DNA from: Candidatus Uhrbacteria bacterium
GTDB taxonomy: Bacteria; Patescibacteriota; Patescibacteriia; UBA9934; GWF2-40-263
Direction of reading: 5' to 3'
NCBI GenBank assembly: GCA_026395055.1
Contig: JAPLZK010000002.1
Coordinates: 56,940-120,939 of the forward strand
Length of the DNA stretch: 64,000 nucleotides
The notes beneath the pieces were generated by a model, which saw only the letters and a program-made list of their open reading frames with translations, searched no databases and was not told the DNA's origin. Shown in pieces: positions 43,261-53,706 of the stretch (the first letter of the stretch is position 1; every line of letters begins with the position of its first letter). Both the position numbers and the translations under genes were made by a program.

Positions 43261-44265
43261 ATGCGTATTTTAGGAATCGAATCCAGTTGTGATGAAACCG
43301 CGATGAGTATTGTTTCAGAAAACGATGGCGTCATTGTGATTGAAAAGAGTCTTGTTGCTTCACAGATTGATTTGCATAAAATTTACGGCGGTGTTGTTCC
43401 GGAAGTTGCGGCACGCGAACATGTAAGTGCGATTTTTCCAATGCTACTTGAAATGAACATATCTCGAGATGGTCAGGAAATCGATGCAATATCGGTGACG
43501 GCAGGTCCGGGACTTGTCGCCGCGCTTCGTATTGGCGTAGAGCTCGCAAAAACACTTGCGTGGATGTGGAAGAAACCACTTGTCGCAGCGAATCATCTCG
43601 AAGGACATGTTTACTCTGTTTGGTCACAAACCCCCACACCTGCTTTTCCCGCTCTTTGTCTTCTTGTTTCTGGTGGTCACACAGAATTATTTTTGATGCG
43701 AGATCATGGACACTACGAACTCATCGGGATGACACGCGACGATGCTGCCGGAGAAGCGTTTGATAAGGTCGCAAAACTTCTCGGGCTCGGATATCCAGGT
43801 GGGCCGGCGATATCAAAGATTGCTCTCGAGGGAAATGCATCGGCCATAACGTTTCCGCGTCCAATGTTAGAGAGCGGAGATTCAGATTTTAGTTTCTCGG
43901 GATTAAAGACCGCTGTGCGAGTATATCGCGAGGCACATCCCGAAGCATCTGTTGCGGACATTGCTGCATCATTCCAACAAGCCGTTGTAGATATTCTCAC
44001 GATTAAAACACTTGCAGCGGTAAATCGATACGCACCAAAGTCTGTGATTTTATCTGGAGGAGTATCGGCGAATCGTGCACTGAGAGAATTGCTTTCTAGC
44101 CAACTCGCACAACAATTTCCAGACGTAACATTTCATGCACCAAATATAGAGCTTTCGGGTGATAACGCGGTCATGATTGCCATCGCAGGACTTCACCGAG
44201 CAAAGCAGAATGATTTTGTAGATCCACTCACGCTCGAAGCCAATCCAAACATGCGACTTGTTTAG
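43261..44265 (+). CDS. tsaD: tRNA N6-adenosine threonylcarbamoyltransferase
   Basis: MRILGIESSCDETA, HLEGH, GGHTEL, GLGYPGGP and SGGVSAN motifs. Confidence 0.95.
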   Translation: MRILGIESSCDETAMSIVSENDGVIVIEKSLVASQIDLHKIYGGVVPEVAAREHVSAIFPMLLEMNISRDGQEIDAISVTAGPGLVAALRIGVELAKTLAWMWKKPLVAANHLEGHVYSVWSQTPTPAFPALCLLVSGGHTELFLMRDHGHYELIGMTRDDAAGEAFDKVAKLLGLGYPGGPAISKIALEGNASAITFPRPMLESGDSDFSFSGLKTAVRVYREAHPEASVADIAASFQQAVVDILTIKTLAAVNRYAPKSVILSGGVSANRALRELLSSQLAQQFPDVTFHAPNIELSGDNAVMIAIAGLHRAKQNDFVDPLTLEANPNMRLV

Positions 44266-44269
44266 TTGT

Positions 44270-44363
44270 GTCATTGCGAGGAGGAGTCATCGACGACGAA
44301 GCAATCTTCCTAGCTTAGACTGTGTTGAAAAGATCGCTTCGTCGTCGAACTCCTCGCAATGAC
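44270..44363. repeat. Palindromic GTCATTGCGAGG...CTCCTCGCAATGAC element
   Basis: 94-bp hairpin element related to 11996-12062. Overlaps the annotated tsaE start. Confidence 0.8.
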
Positions 44364-44802
44364 TAGAATTTCTTGTATGATTTCAAATTCTTTAGAAGAA
44401 ACAAAAAATATCGCACACAAATTTGCGTCAACACTTGTTGGAGGTGATGTTGTGTTCCTTGAAGGTGACCTTGGGGCAGGGAAAACGAGTTTTGTTCAGG
44501 GTGTGCTCGAGGCACTTGGATATACGGAACCAGTCCGATCTCCGACGTTTTCTATCATGAACATGTATTTAATCGCGAATCATCCTACAATCGAGCGCGT
44601 GATCCACTTGGATTTTTATCGATTCGAATCACCGCGCGAAGTTCATTCACTTGGACTTGAGGAGATGATGGAAAATAAAAAAAATGTATTTATGATTGAA
44701 TGGCCGAAAAATGGAATTGAAAACGGTTCTGATATTCGATATACTAGATCTATAAAATTTCGATCTGTGAACGAACAGACGCGAGAAATTCTCATCTCAT
44801 AA
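44359..44802 (+). CDS. tsaE: tRNA t6A biosynthesis ATPase TsaE
   Basis: GDLGAGKTSFVQG Walker A, SPTFS, HLDFYR. Alternative start at 44377 (MISNS) lies outside the repeat. Confidence 0.85.
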   Translation: MTRISCMISNSLEETKNIAHKFASTLVGGDVVFLEGDLGAGKTSFVQGVLEALGYTEPVRSPTFSIMNMYLIANHPTIERVIHLDFYRFESPREVHSLGLEEMMENKKNVFMIEWPKNGIENGSDIRYTRSIKFRSVNEQTREILIS

Positions 44803-44803
44803 T

Positions 44804-45931
44804 ATGTCCTACGCAGAAGCAGGAGGGTATCGAGCGGGTGGTGCACCCGTAAGAGCCGCCGCAACAAAATTTGATGTCATGTATCCGGCAAACGGAGATT
44901 CCGAAGCGGCTGCATTATATTTGCGTGAAATTTATCGTGGACGTGATGTTCAGCCAAAGATTGATGAGTTTGAAAAAGTTCCACTTGCAAAACGAACGGA
45001 AGATAAACAGTTAGAACGTCAACTAGAAATGAAGTACAAGATGTCCATGGGAAGAGAGACGACGGCAACAGAAGAAGGCGGAGTTCTTGAGCAATTTTTG
45101 ATTTGTGAATCAGATCGCAACGATTGGCTCGGTGGATCTGTTTTTCGCACAACAAAGTTTGATGACTTTAAAGGAATTGATGCTGTTTTGGAGTGGGATG
45201 AAGCGGATCGATTCGGTCGCTATCCACGTTTGCTCGTTGATTACACGACCTCACAGTTGCCAGAGCGTGTCGCACAAAAGAAAGAAAAATTAGTGCACGG
45301 AGGACGTGTTGAATATTTTCGTTCGCCATTTGAGCTTGATGAAGATGATGTCGAAAAAGAATTTTCGCTTTATGACATGCCTGTTGTTATATTAGGAATT
45401 GAAAAGACATTCATGCCAAAAATCGCTGGGATGGCAAAGTCCCAAGAAAAAGGACGCGTTATCCGTGATGGAAAAAAAGTGGTTGATATTAAACAGCAAG
45501 CGTTTAGCGAACATCCATTGCAGATCTTGTTACTTGAACAAGCGATTGCACAGGTGGACGTTCAGGTGCGTGCTGCCGCAGCCCGACTCTTGAACTTAGA
45601 AAAAACGATCGGAGATAGGGAGGCAGCAAGTACGTTGGATGCACTTCGTTTTCGAATTGGTGGTGGTCGCGTTACGGCAAGTGAGATTATTGATATGCTT
45701 AAACGTATAGAGCCAAATCTGCATGCATATCAAGAAAAAAATAAGGACAATGATGTGGTAAGAAGCCATGTAACCTCTACGATTCCTAAATGGGAAAATG
45801 TCGCAGCGGTTTATCAACTTCTCACAGAAAAAATGGGAGACGTTCAGGCAAAAAAAAATGCCGACCAATTACTGGCGGCACGAGCGTGGCGAAATGCCTC
45901 TGTTACACACAAGCTTCTTACACGTGTGTAG
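44804..45931 (+). CDS. Hypothetical protein (375 aa)
   Basis: Long AT-rich ORF starting 1 nt after the tsaE stop. No family recognised. Confidence 0.6.
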   Translation: MSYAEAGGYRAGGAPVRAAATKFDVMYPANGDSEAAALYLREIYRGRDVQPKIDEFEKVPLAKRTEDKQLERQLEMKYKMSMGRETTATEEGGVLEQFLICESDRNDWLGGSVFRTTKFDDFKGIDAVLEWDEADRFGRYPRLLVDYTTSQLPERVAQKKEKLVHGGRVEYFRSPFELDEDDVEKEFSLYDMPVVILGIEKTFMPKIAGMAKSQEKGRVIRDGKKVVDIKQQAFSEHPLQILLLEQAIAQVDVQVRAAAARLLNLEKTIGDREAASTLDALRFRIGGGRVTASEIIDMLKRIEPNLHAYQEKNKDNDVVRSHVTSTIPKWENVAAVYQLLTEKMGDVQAKKNADQLLAARAWRNASVTHKLLTRV

Positions 45932-46145
45932 ATGGTTCGAGAGAGTCACCTCCAAAGTACTTGTCGTACAGTTCTCCGAGGGTAGGAATGTACTCAGCGC
46001 CGCTTCGAACGATGTCTGTCTGCCGTTCAAGGAGAGCACGTTGAACTTCCATCGCATCGATGATGTCTGGATCCGTTCCCTCAAGCCGCTTCGCAAGGTC
46101 AGGAGGGAGTCGCTTGATAAGAAGCAGAGGTTGCTTCTGAGCCAT
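45918..46145 (-). CDS. Hypothetical small protein (75 aa)
   Basis: aaggagg RBS 4 nt before the ATG (MAQKQPLLLIKRLPP...). Lies downstream of pilB on the same strand. Confidence 0.5.
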   Translation of the reverse strand: MAQKQPLLLIKRLPPDLAKRLEGTDPDIIDAMEVQRALLERQTDIVRSGAEYIPTLGELYDKYFGGDSLEPSTHV

Positions 46146-46253
46146 GACTCCTCCTTTGTGCATGGAAGGGAGTACAGAACCTACCATGTGAAGTGGAAGC
46201 CGTCAATGTATTTATGGTCATATAAAAGAAAACAGGGCAAAAGCCCTGTTTTT

Positions 46254-47987
46254 TTATGCGCTTTCTCCTGCGACACGTAGGATTTCTTCAACGGTCGTGA
46301 GACCGTCGAGAACTTTTAAAATTCCGTCTTGTTGCATAGTGGTCATTCCTTGTTTCTTTGCGAGTTCACGAACTTCATATTCCGAGATCTTTTCAGACAT
46401 AGCAGCTTTGATCTCTTCGCTCATGGTGAGAATCTCGTAAATACCGAGTCGGCCTTTGTAACCGGATTTATTGCATGCATCACAACCTTTTCCTTTGAAA
46501 AACTTCCATTCTGCTTCTGGGGCAACAACCTCTCCGGATTCGGTGGGAATGGTACTGGTAACTTTTTTGACGAACTCGAGCTGTTCTGGCGTGAGCTGAA
46601 CTTGTTCCTTACAGTTTGTGCAGACTTTTCTTGTGAGGCGTTGACCGATGATGGCGTTCAGTGCTGGAGCGAGCAAGAAAGGCTTTACTCCCATGGAAAT
46701 GAAACGGGGAACCGCTCCGGCTGCGTCGTTTGTGTGAAGGGTGGAAAGAAGTAAGTGACCCGTCAGAGCGGCGTTGATGGCAACGTCTGCTGTTTCAAGG
46801 TCGCGAATTTCTCCGACCATGACAATGTCTGGATCTTGTCTCAGAATGGATCTGAGACCACCAGCAAATGTGTAATTTTTTGCGTGGTCGATTTGAGATT
46901 GGTTGATTCCTTCCAGCTTATACTCGACTGGATCTTCAAGGGTGATGATTTTTACGCCGGGTGTATTTAACTTACGAAGAATTGCGTACAGAGTTGTTGT
47001 CTTACCAGAACCCGTCGGTCCGGTTGTCATGACCATTCCGTGAGGTTTTTCGATCTCCTTCAATAATCGTTTTTCGGCGAGCGGACGATAACCTAGCTGT
47101 GAGAACTCTACGTTAATGGCACTTGGTTTCAAGATACGCATAACGACAGATTCTCCGTACGCGGTTGGGATGGTTGAAACACGAACGTCTGTGTCGCCTG
47201 ATTTAAGAAAAATGGTGAAGCGTCCGTCTTGTGGGCGATCTACGACGTTGATTTTAAGTCCGGAAATAAGTTTGATGCGTGCAATGATTTTTTTCCAAAG
47301 GTCTGCACCAAGTGACGCGACTTCTTGCAAGATTCCATCAATACGCAAACGAATAATGATTTTCTTTTCTTCTGCTTCAATGTGAATGTCAGACGTTCCG
47401 AATTGGAGGGCGGCCGCAATGACGATGGTAATGATGTCTGTAATTGAGGCGGAACCAATGACGCCTTGAACATCTCCGTATGATTTCATGCTCGCTTGGA
47501 AGGTTTCGAGCTCATCATCCGTAATCTTTACACCTTTGATGATGGCTTTAATCATGGGAAGCGTGTCATATGCTTTGATGGCCACACGAAGACTTTCTTC
47601 AGAAATTTGATAGATCCCACCGTTTGCTTTTGTGCGTTCGCCAATTTGGTACACAAGTTCTTTTACTTGTGGGCTTTTTGGATCAACCGCTGCCAAGCGA
47701 ACTTCTGTTCCTGTGTACAAAAAACAAATCGTTTTGAGCGATTCTGCTTGTTCTTTTGGAACTTGTCTTAGTGCGTCTGGAGAAATAGGGAACCCTTTGA
47801 GGTTCACATATGGAATCCCTGCTTTTTTTGCGATCAGGTCTGTTTCTGATTCTTTCTCTTTCAGACGAACCTCATGCATTTTTTCTGTGAGAGCAGATGT
47901 TGCCGTTGGTGTTCCAGTGTCTGCGGCGGCATTCTTTGCGCCCACGTGCTGCAGCAAGTCTTCGATGCTTTGGGTATCATTCGACAT
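46254..47987 (-). CDS. pilB: Type IV pilus / type II secretion assembly ATPase (PilB/GspE family)
   Basis: GPTGSGKTTTLYA Walker A, Asp box, His box GHLLLSTLHTND, tetracysteine CTNC...CDAC. Confidence 0.9.
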   Translation of the reverse strand: MSNDTQSIEDLLQHVGAKNAAADTGTPTATSALTEKMHEVRLKEKESETDLIAKKAGIPYVNLKGFPISPDALRQVPKEQAESLKTICFLYTGTEVRLAAVDPKSPQVKELVYQIGERTKANGGIYQISEESLRVAIKAYDTLPMIKAIIKGVKITDDELETFQASMKSYGDVQGVIGSASITDIITIVIAAALQFGTSDIHIEAEEKKIIIRLRIDGILQEVASLGADLWKKIIARIKLISGLKINVVDRPQDGRFTIFLKSGDTDVRVSTIPTAYGESVVMRILKPSAINVEFSQLGYRPLAEKRLLKEIEKPHGMVMTTGPTGSGKTTTLYAILRKLNTPGVKIITLEDPVEYKLEGINQSQIDHAKNYTFAGGLRSILRQDPDIVMVGEIRDLETADVAINAALTGHLLLSTLHTNDAAGAVPRFISMGVKPFLLAPALNAIIGQRLTRKVCTNCKEQVQLTPEQLEFVKKVTSTIPTESGEVVAPEAEWKFFKGKGCDACNKSGYKGRLGIYEILTMSEEIKAAMSEKISEYEVRELAKKQGMTTMQQDGILKVLDGLTTVEEILRVAGESA

Positions 47988-48045
47988 AAAACAAAAACTG
48001 AAGATAATTCTTCTTCAGTTTACTTGTTTTTCCGGATCGCTGCAA

Positions 48046-49035
48046 TTAGGAACGTTGAAACATTCTAAGGAGTTTTGCGAGAGGAAGCTTGGGGTGTGAA
48101 CGGTGTCCTGTGCGTTTATAAAAGAGATACCAGGCACTGTATTGGAATGTCACCATTCCTCCTCCGAAGGCGAATACGACGAGGAGGGCGAAGAGTCCAT
48201 AAAGGACGTTTGCGATCACAAAGATGACGAAGGATCCTGTGAGAAGGGATGTTGTGTAAACAAGTGCGTAGGGAACACTGAGTGCAATGACGAGTCCAAG
48301 AAGAACGAAACAAGAAAGGCTGATCAGACAAAATACAATAAATGCGTATTCAAGGGTTGCAAGCCAGTGCGTTTTGAAAATGTCCCACGAGGTTGCAATA
48401 GCTTCTGCAACGGTTGATTCTGTTTCTATGACATGAATAACCGAGAGAATGGAAAGAATGCTTAAAATGAGAACGGCAGGGAAGAAGATCAGAATTTGAA
48501 CGAAGGCGATGGAAAAACTGTAAGAAGAATGTTGTGTGTAATACCAAAGCATTGGGAGGGTTGTGACGCAAACTAAGATGGCACCAAGAATTTTTGTCAG
48601 AAAATCTATTGCGAAGATGCGAAAGAGGTGGTCATGTGCGCGCTTGCGAATGATGTTTGGGTGTTCATGTGTTGGAGCCTTGATTCCATGGACAAGGGAA
48701 GTTTGCGAAAGAACCGCAAGAAACAAGAGACCAATAACAATGAGCATCATACAGATGATCATGGCACCAATCTGAAATGAACCAAATGTGCGGAGTTGGC
48801 CAACGTATTGGCCCATCATCGTGTACCCAGAGAATGACGTGTCGAGTAATTGGCGCATGAGGGATCCGCCAAGTTGAACGCGACGAATGCCTGTTGTCGC
48901 AACGTCCATAACACCACCCGTTGAAACGAATGCAGCAAAGATACCAAAAATCCACAGCGTTTTACGTTGCCAGGTGAGGCGCCACGCCTCACGCAAAAGC
49001 GTACGATAAATCGCTGTGGAATTTTTGTCGTTCAT
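48046..49035 (-). CDS. Polytopic membrane protein (329 aa)
   Basis: At least 6 hydrophobic segments. Start trimmed to MNDKNS to remove the overlap with ftsH. Confidence 0.6.
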   Translation of the reverse strand: MNDKNSTAIYRTLLREAWRLTWQRKTLWIFGIFAAFVSTGGVMDVATTGIRRVQLGGSLMRQLLDTSFSGYTMMGQYVGQLRTFGSFQIGAMIICMMLIVIGLLFLAVLSQTSLVHGIKAPTHEHPNIIRKRAHDHLFRIFAIDFLTKILGAILVCVTTLPMLWYYTQHSSYSFSIAFVQILIFFPAVLILSILSILSVIHVIETESTVAEAIATSWDIFKTHWLATLEYAFIVFCLISLSCFVLLGLVIALSVPYALVYTTSLLTGSFVIFVIANVLYGLFALLVVFAFGGGMVTFQYSAWYLFYKRTGHRSHPKLPLAKLLRMFQRS

Positions 49036-49048
49036 ATATCCGATAAGA

Positions 49049-50893
49049 TTATGCCGTGTACGTAGCTTGTACAGCATTGCTTCCGGAAAAGAGTGCGTCG
49101 AATTCTTCTTTTTCAAGAACTTCTTTTTCAAGAAGTGCTTTCGCAATCTTATCCAGGTGCATTTTTTCTTTTCGGATTATACCACGAGTTGTTTCAAGCG
49201 CGCCATTGACGAGTTTCTCAACTTCAAGGTCAATGAGCTCTGCAGTCTTTTCAGAATAGTTTCTTTGTTCATGGATTTCTTTTCCAAGAAAAACCATTTC
49301 TTGATGTTCTCCAAATACGCGAGGCCCGAGTGTTTCACTCATTCCATAGCGTGTAACGAGTTCGCGTGCAAGACGTGTGCATTTACGAAGATCATCAGAG
49401 GCACCTGTTGTGACATCTCCGAATGTTTCTTTTTCTGCAACGAATCCTCCGAGCATCACCGCGAGGTCTGCAAGGAAGTCTGCACGTTTGTGAAGATGTT
49501 TGTCTTCACCCGGAACTTTCATAGTGTACCCACCGGCAGATCCACGTGGAATAATGGAAACTTTGTGAACAGGATCAGAATTGGGAAGGATGTGCGCAAT
49601 GATGGCGTGTCCTGCTTCATGATACGCCGTGACCTTCTTTTCTTCTTTGCTCATGACAGAACTTCTACGTTCCGGTCCAAGCATGACTTTTTCAATGGAA
49701 TCGAGAACGTCTTCTTGTGTGACCTTTGTGTCATTGCGACGAGCGGCGCGAATGGCCGCTTCATTGAGAAGATTCATCAGATCCGCTCCGGCCATTCCGG
49801 CTGTGCGTTCTGCTACGCGGCGCAAATTGATTTCTGCGACGAGCGGTTTGTTTTTTGCGTAGATAGTGAGAATTGCCTCACGTTCGTTGATGTCCGGGAG
49901 ATCCAGGATCACGCGACGATCAAAACGTCCTGGGCGAAGAAGCGCTGGGTCCAAGACATCTGGGCGGTTTGTTGCCGCAATAACGATGACGCCAATGTTT
50001 GCATCAAAGCCATCCATTTCAACCAAGATTTGGTTTAATGTTTGTTCACGTTCGTCATGAGATCCACCGAGTCCGGAACCGCGCTGGCGACCAACGGCAT
50101 CAATTTCATCAATGAAGATGATACATGGCGCTGTTTTCTTTGCGCGTGCAAAGAGATCGCGTACGCGAGATGCTCCAACCCCCACAAACATTTCAACGAA
50201 TTCTGATCCGCTCATGTGGTAGAAGGGAACACCCGCTTCACCCGCAACCGCGCGAGCAAGCAATGTTTTTCCGGTTCCTGGGCGACCCATGAGCAGAACT
50301 CCTTTTGGAATTTTTGCTCCGAGGTCGACGAATTTTTTTGGACTCTTTAAAAATTCAACGACTTCTTGCAATTCTTCTTTGGATTCTTTTGCTCCGGCAA
50401 CGTCTGCAAATGTAACTTTTTGTTTTTGGTCTTTGTTAAATTCTTTTGCGTTTGAATTTCCAAATTGCATGGCTTTACTGTTTGCCCCTTGCATCTGGCG
50501 AAGCATGAACCAAAACACGATGATGAGAAGAAACAACGGAAGGAGTGATGGCAAGATAACGCCAAGAATATACGATTGCGTTGATCGGTCCTTTACGGTG
50601 ATGTTCGCATTACGTAATTGTTCCGCTGTGACTCCGTAATCAATAAAGACTTCCGGAAGAGATACGTTGGATTCTTTGCGTGTTACCTGTTTTGCACCGT
50701 CCTTGAGGGTGACTTGGATGTCTGTTCCCTCAATATCAACAGCCTGTACACTTCCATTTTGAATTTCTTCAACCACTTTCGCGATATTCACATCTTCCGG
50801 TTTGTCTTTTTTGAAGGTGTAGTTTGAGAAGACAATCGCAATCAGGAGGATTGCAAGAATCGCCACAATGACGTTTTTTGAAAGAGGTTTCAT
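49049..50893 (-). CDS. ftsH: ATP-dependent zinc metalloprotease FtsH
   Basis: [34 protein letters not shown] zinc motif and N-terminal TM segments. Confidence 0.95.
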   Translation of the reverse strand: MKPLSKNVIVAILAILLIAIVFSNYTFKKDKPEDVNIAKVVEEIQNGSVQAVDIEGTDIQVTLKDGAKQVTRKESNVSLPEVFIDYGVTAEQLRNANITVKDRSTQSYILGVILPSLLPLFLLIIVFWFMLRQMQGANSKAMQFGNSNAKEFNKDQKQKVTFADVAGAKESKEELQEVVEFLKSPKKFVDLGAKIPKGVLLMGRPGTGKTLLARAVAGEAGVPFYHMSGSEFVEMFVGVGASRVRDLFARAKKTAPCIIFIDEIDAVGRQRGSGLGGSHDEREQTLNQILVEMDGFDANIGVIVIAATNRPDVLDPALLRPGRFDRRVILDLPDINEREAILTIYAKNKPLVAEINLRRVAERTAGMAGADLMNLLNEAAIRAARRNDTKVTQEDVLDSIEKVMLGPERRSSVMSKEEKKVTAYHEAGHAIIAHILPNSDPVHKVSIIPRGSAGGYTMKVPGEDKHLHKRADFLADLAVMLGGFVAEKETFGDVTTGASDDLRKCTRLARELVTRYGMSETLGPRVFGEHQEMVFLGKEIHEQRNYSEKTAELIDLEVEKLVNGALETTRGIIRKEKMHLDKIAKALLEKEVLEKEEFDALFSGSNAVQATYTA

Positions 50894-50931
50894 AAGTTTG
50901 GGGTTGAGTTCGAAAGAAGGGAGAGAAGGAA

Positions 50932-52077
50932 TTACTCTGCGGCAACTTCCGTAGCGGGTGTTTCAGCTGGAGCTTCTGCAGGTGTTTCTGTTGATGGTTC
51001 ACTCTTTGTTTTGAGCGAGAGACCAAGACGGTGTTCTTTTGGTTCAATAGAGACGATTTTGAAGGACATGACGTCTCCTGGTTTTGCAATTTGTGTGACG
51101 TCTGTAACAGGTTTGTCTGAAAGTTCTGAAACGTGCGCGAGGCCATGAATTTCAGGATCAAGTTCTACAAACAATCCAAATGGGTTTACTTTCAAAACAG
51201 TTCCTTGAACCATTTCTCCAATTTTGTATTTTTCTGCAACAGCTGCCCATGGATCTTGGATCAATTTCTTCATAGACAAGAAGATCTTGCTTCCTTCAAT
51301 TCCGATGATCTCTGCTTTGACGGTTTGACCAATCTTAAGTAAATCGCGTGGATGATCAATTCGTTGCCATGCAATTTCTGAGATGTGTACAAGACCTTCC
51401 AAAGAATCAAACTTCACGAATGCTCCGAAGTCTGCAACGGCCGTGACTTCACCTTCGATAATGTCTCCAACACCGAACTTAGAGATGACATTCTTTTGAG
51501 TGTCTTCCCAAACGGTTTTTTCAGAAACGATCATTTTTTCTTCTACTTCATTTACGTCAATGACGCGAACATTCATTTTTGTTCCAACGTATGAGCGCAA
51601 TTTTTCAAGAATTTTGTTCTTGTCTCCACCGCTTACGCGTGGATAGTGTTCTGGAGAGAGTTGAGAAACAGGCAAGAATCCTGTGATGTTTTGCACAGCC
51701 ACAATGAGTCCACCTTTGTTTGCTTCCAAAATTTTGACATCAAATGTTTCACCGGTTGTGAACAAGCGGCGCAATTCTTCCCAGGCTTTCTTTTGACCTG
51801 CAAAGCGGAAGGAAAGTTCCATTTCTCCGTTTTCGTTTTCAAGTTCGATCACGGTTGCTTCAACTTCGCTTCCTGCTTTCATGTCTCCAACTTCTGTACC
51901 GCCCGTGAAAAGCTCACGACCGCGCACAACTCCTGTTGCGATTCCGTTCAAATCGATACGGATCTCACGACGTCCGGATCCGACGATCTTTCCGGTTACG
52001 ACGTCTCCCACCTTGGGGATATTTAAATATTGTCCTTCTTCCATCAGTTTTTGAAACTCTGTCTGTGTGTCCTTCAT
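50932..52077 (-). CDS. rpsA: 30S ribosomal protein S1 (four S1 domains, 381 aa)
   Basis: Repeated S1 motifs (GDVVTGKIV, GFLPVSQLS, GDIIEGEVTAV..FGAFV, GLVHISE, GTVLKVNPFGLFVEL, GLAHVSE). Start at MKDTQTEF. Confidence 0.85.
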   Translation of the reverse strand: MKDTQTEFQKLMEEGQYLNIPKVGDVVTGKIVGSGRREIRIDLNGIATGVVRGRELFTGGTEVGDMKAGSEVEATVIELENENGEMELSFRFAGQKKAWEELRRLFTTGETFDVKILEANKGGLIVAVQNITGFLPVSQLSPEHYPRVSGGDKNKILEKLRSYVGTKMNVRVIDVNEVEEKMIVSEKTVWEDTQKNVISKFGVGDIIEGEVTAVADFGAFVKFDSLEGLVHISEIAWQRIDHPRDLLKIGQTVKAEIIGIEGSKIFLSMKKLIQDPWAAVAEKYKIGEMVQGTVLKVNPFGLFVELDPEIHGLAHVSELSDKPVTDVTQIAKPGDVMSFKIVSIEPKEHRLGLSLKTKSEPSTETPAEAPAETPATEVAAE

Positions 52078-52348
52078 ACAAAAATATTCCGCCAGACGGC
52101 ATCGATTGTATGAGACCCCTGAAAAAGTAGCAGATTTTCGTTGAACGGGCTGTTGATCCCCACGAAACGTAGGATTTCTACGTAGAGTGGGGTCAACGGG
52201 CGCCCGTGAAACGAAAAGATGCGCTTTTGCAGTGGTCTCATGATCGAAACGGTCCAACGGGGCTAGGATTAATAAGTGAAGGAAGTGTAATAGATATGGG
52301 GTTTTTTGGCAAGCCACGTCGCTCTCGAGCGACGTGGTAAGCCTTTGT

Positions 52349-52496
52349 TTGACGCTCACTCTTATTCCACGTATCCTTGTCCTTAATATGTTGATTACTT
52401 CTTCCATTCAAACTTGGTCTGGGTTCGCAGATCAAAGCTGTTTTTAGAGAGGTGATTTGTGTTTAACGCAAACCGCCTCTTTTGGGCGGTTTTTTG
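52349..52496 (+). promoter_or_regulatory. Promoter plus terminator/antiterminator leader (attenuator or riboswitch candidate)
   Basis: TTGACG-17-TATCCT. AGAGGTG (52448-54) can pair with CGCCTCT (52474-80), competing with the terminator ccgcc/ggcgg+T6 (52473-52495). RBS and ATG at 52528 follow. Confidence 0.45.
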
Positions 52497-52527
52497 TTTC
52501 TCGACGGAGAAACACTAGGAGGTTTCC

Positions 52528-53256
52528 ATGAGTTTAGAGTATTCCGTATCGATCAGTGATTACGTTCAGGTTCTCGAGTCTCGCAAACCTTCGAAGGTTT
52601 TGATCACGGTTCCGCATGATGGACTGTACGGATTCGAACTTGAGCCGTTTCTTTCACCTCGAAAAAACGGGGCAACGCTTCATGACCGCGGTGTTTGGCC
52701 GATTGTGCGCGACATGCTCGGTGTGTGTGGAGCAAATGTGATTCGTGGACTTATGTCTCGGCATTACCTCGACTACAATCGAAATGAGACGGATGCGTTT
52801 GAGTCGCCGCAGTTTCAGTCAAGCTATCAGGCGTATCATGGCCGAATTTTTCATGAGCTGAGGCAAATGCAGAATCGTTTTGGATCTGAGGAGCTTTTGT
52901 TTCTCGATCTGCACGGATTCGGTACACAACCTTCACGTGCGCCGCGTGATGGATTTGATCTTGTATTCGGAACCGGAAATCGCTCTACGATTCCGCATGG
53001 TGAACCGGACCAAGAGCTCGCGCGATTTCTTGAAACACGCGGCTACACAGTGTTCTTGCCGACCGAACAGGTGCAGCGTCAGCCGTTTGATCCTCTGAAT
53101 GGGGGATTCACGGTTCGTGCGTATGCGCGTGAACTTGGTGTGAACGCGATCCAGATCGAAATCGCTCCGCGCTTTCGACATCGCAACTCCGCGATGCTCG
53201 GCACGCGGCTTTCAAATGATCTTGCCACGTTCCTTGCGGAACGGTACGCGATCTAA
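52528..53256 (+). CDS. N-formylglutamate amidohydrolase-family protein
   Basis: ITVPHDG, HYLDYNRNETD and LFLDLHGF motifs typical of the FGase fold. Assignment from memory. Confidence 0.55.
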   Translation: MSLEYSVSISDYVQVLESRKPSKVLITVPHDGLYGFELEPFLSPRKNGATLHDRGVWPIVRDMLGVCGANVIRGLMSRHYLDYNRNETDAFESPQFQSSYQAYHGRIFHELRQMQNRFGSEELLFLDLHGFGTQPSRAPRDGFDLVFGTGNRSTIPHGEPDQELARFLETRGYTVFLPTEQVQRQPFDPLNGGFTVRAYARELGVNAIQIEIAPRFRHRNSAMLGTRLSNDLATFLAERYAI

Positions 53257-53360
53257 CTTCTGAACAGGGCATTGCGTCCTGTTTTTTTCTTTATCAAAAA
53301 ACTCGACCATGGGTCGAGGAGAGAAGAGCTGATGTGCGAAAGATTTGGAAGTGTGATCGA

Positions 53361-53564
53361 CTACCGTGCGGGCAATCGTTCTTCCATGGTGCGAATGAGT
53401 CGGTTCATTGCTTCTGTTTGTTCCTTGATCGCTCTTGTCTGCTGATCAATGGATTCTTTGATGCCGGATTGTGTGGAAGCAACGGCATCGATCTTGTCTT
53501 TTGCCGATTCAACTTTCGATCCTGTCGAATTACACATCGACAGGAGAAAGATAAGAACGATCAA
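53361..53564 (-). CDS. Possible small lipoprotein (67 aa), TTG start
   Basis: LLSMC lipobox-like motif and helical remainder. Minus-sense hairpin+T6 terminator at 53303-53325. Weak RBS. Confidence 0.3.
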   Translation of the reverse strand: MIVLIFLLSMCNSTGSKVESAKDKIDAVASTQSGIKESIDQQTRAIKEQTEAMNRLIRTMEERLPAR

Positions 53565-53706
53565 AATTTGGTGCCGTCATCCATGTTTCACCTATCTGTC
53601 GCAACGTTGGTTTGGCGACGTGTGAGATTATCGAGACTTGGCTGAATTGTCAATATGACGGGGGTCTTGTACCATATGGGAAGAATTTTCGATTTAACCT
53701 CTTTGT

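Noticed and set aside
49016-50038. 340-aa plus-strand ORF antisense to ftsH
   Set aside because: It lies opposite an unambiguous FtsH coding sequence. The Phe/Cys-rich composition reflects the reverse complement of Lys/Glu/Ala codons.
52100-52470. RNase P RNA or tmRNA in the 450-bp gap between rpsA and the FGase-family gene
   Set aside because: No GGAAAGUCC/P4 motifs, no tRNA-like 3' end with CCA, and no tag-peptide frame on either strand. The gap is better explained by two divergent promoters with structured leaders.
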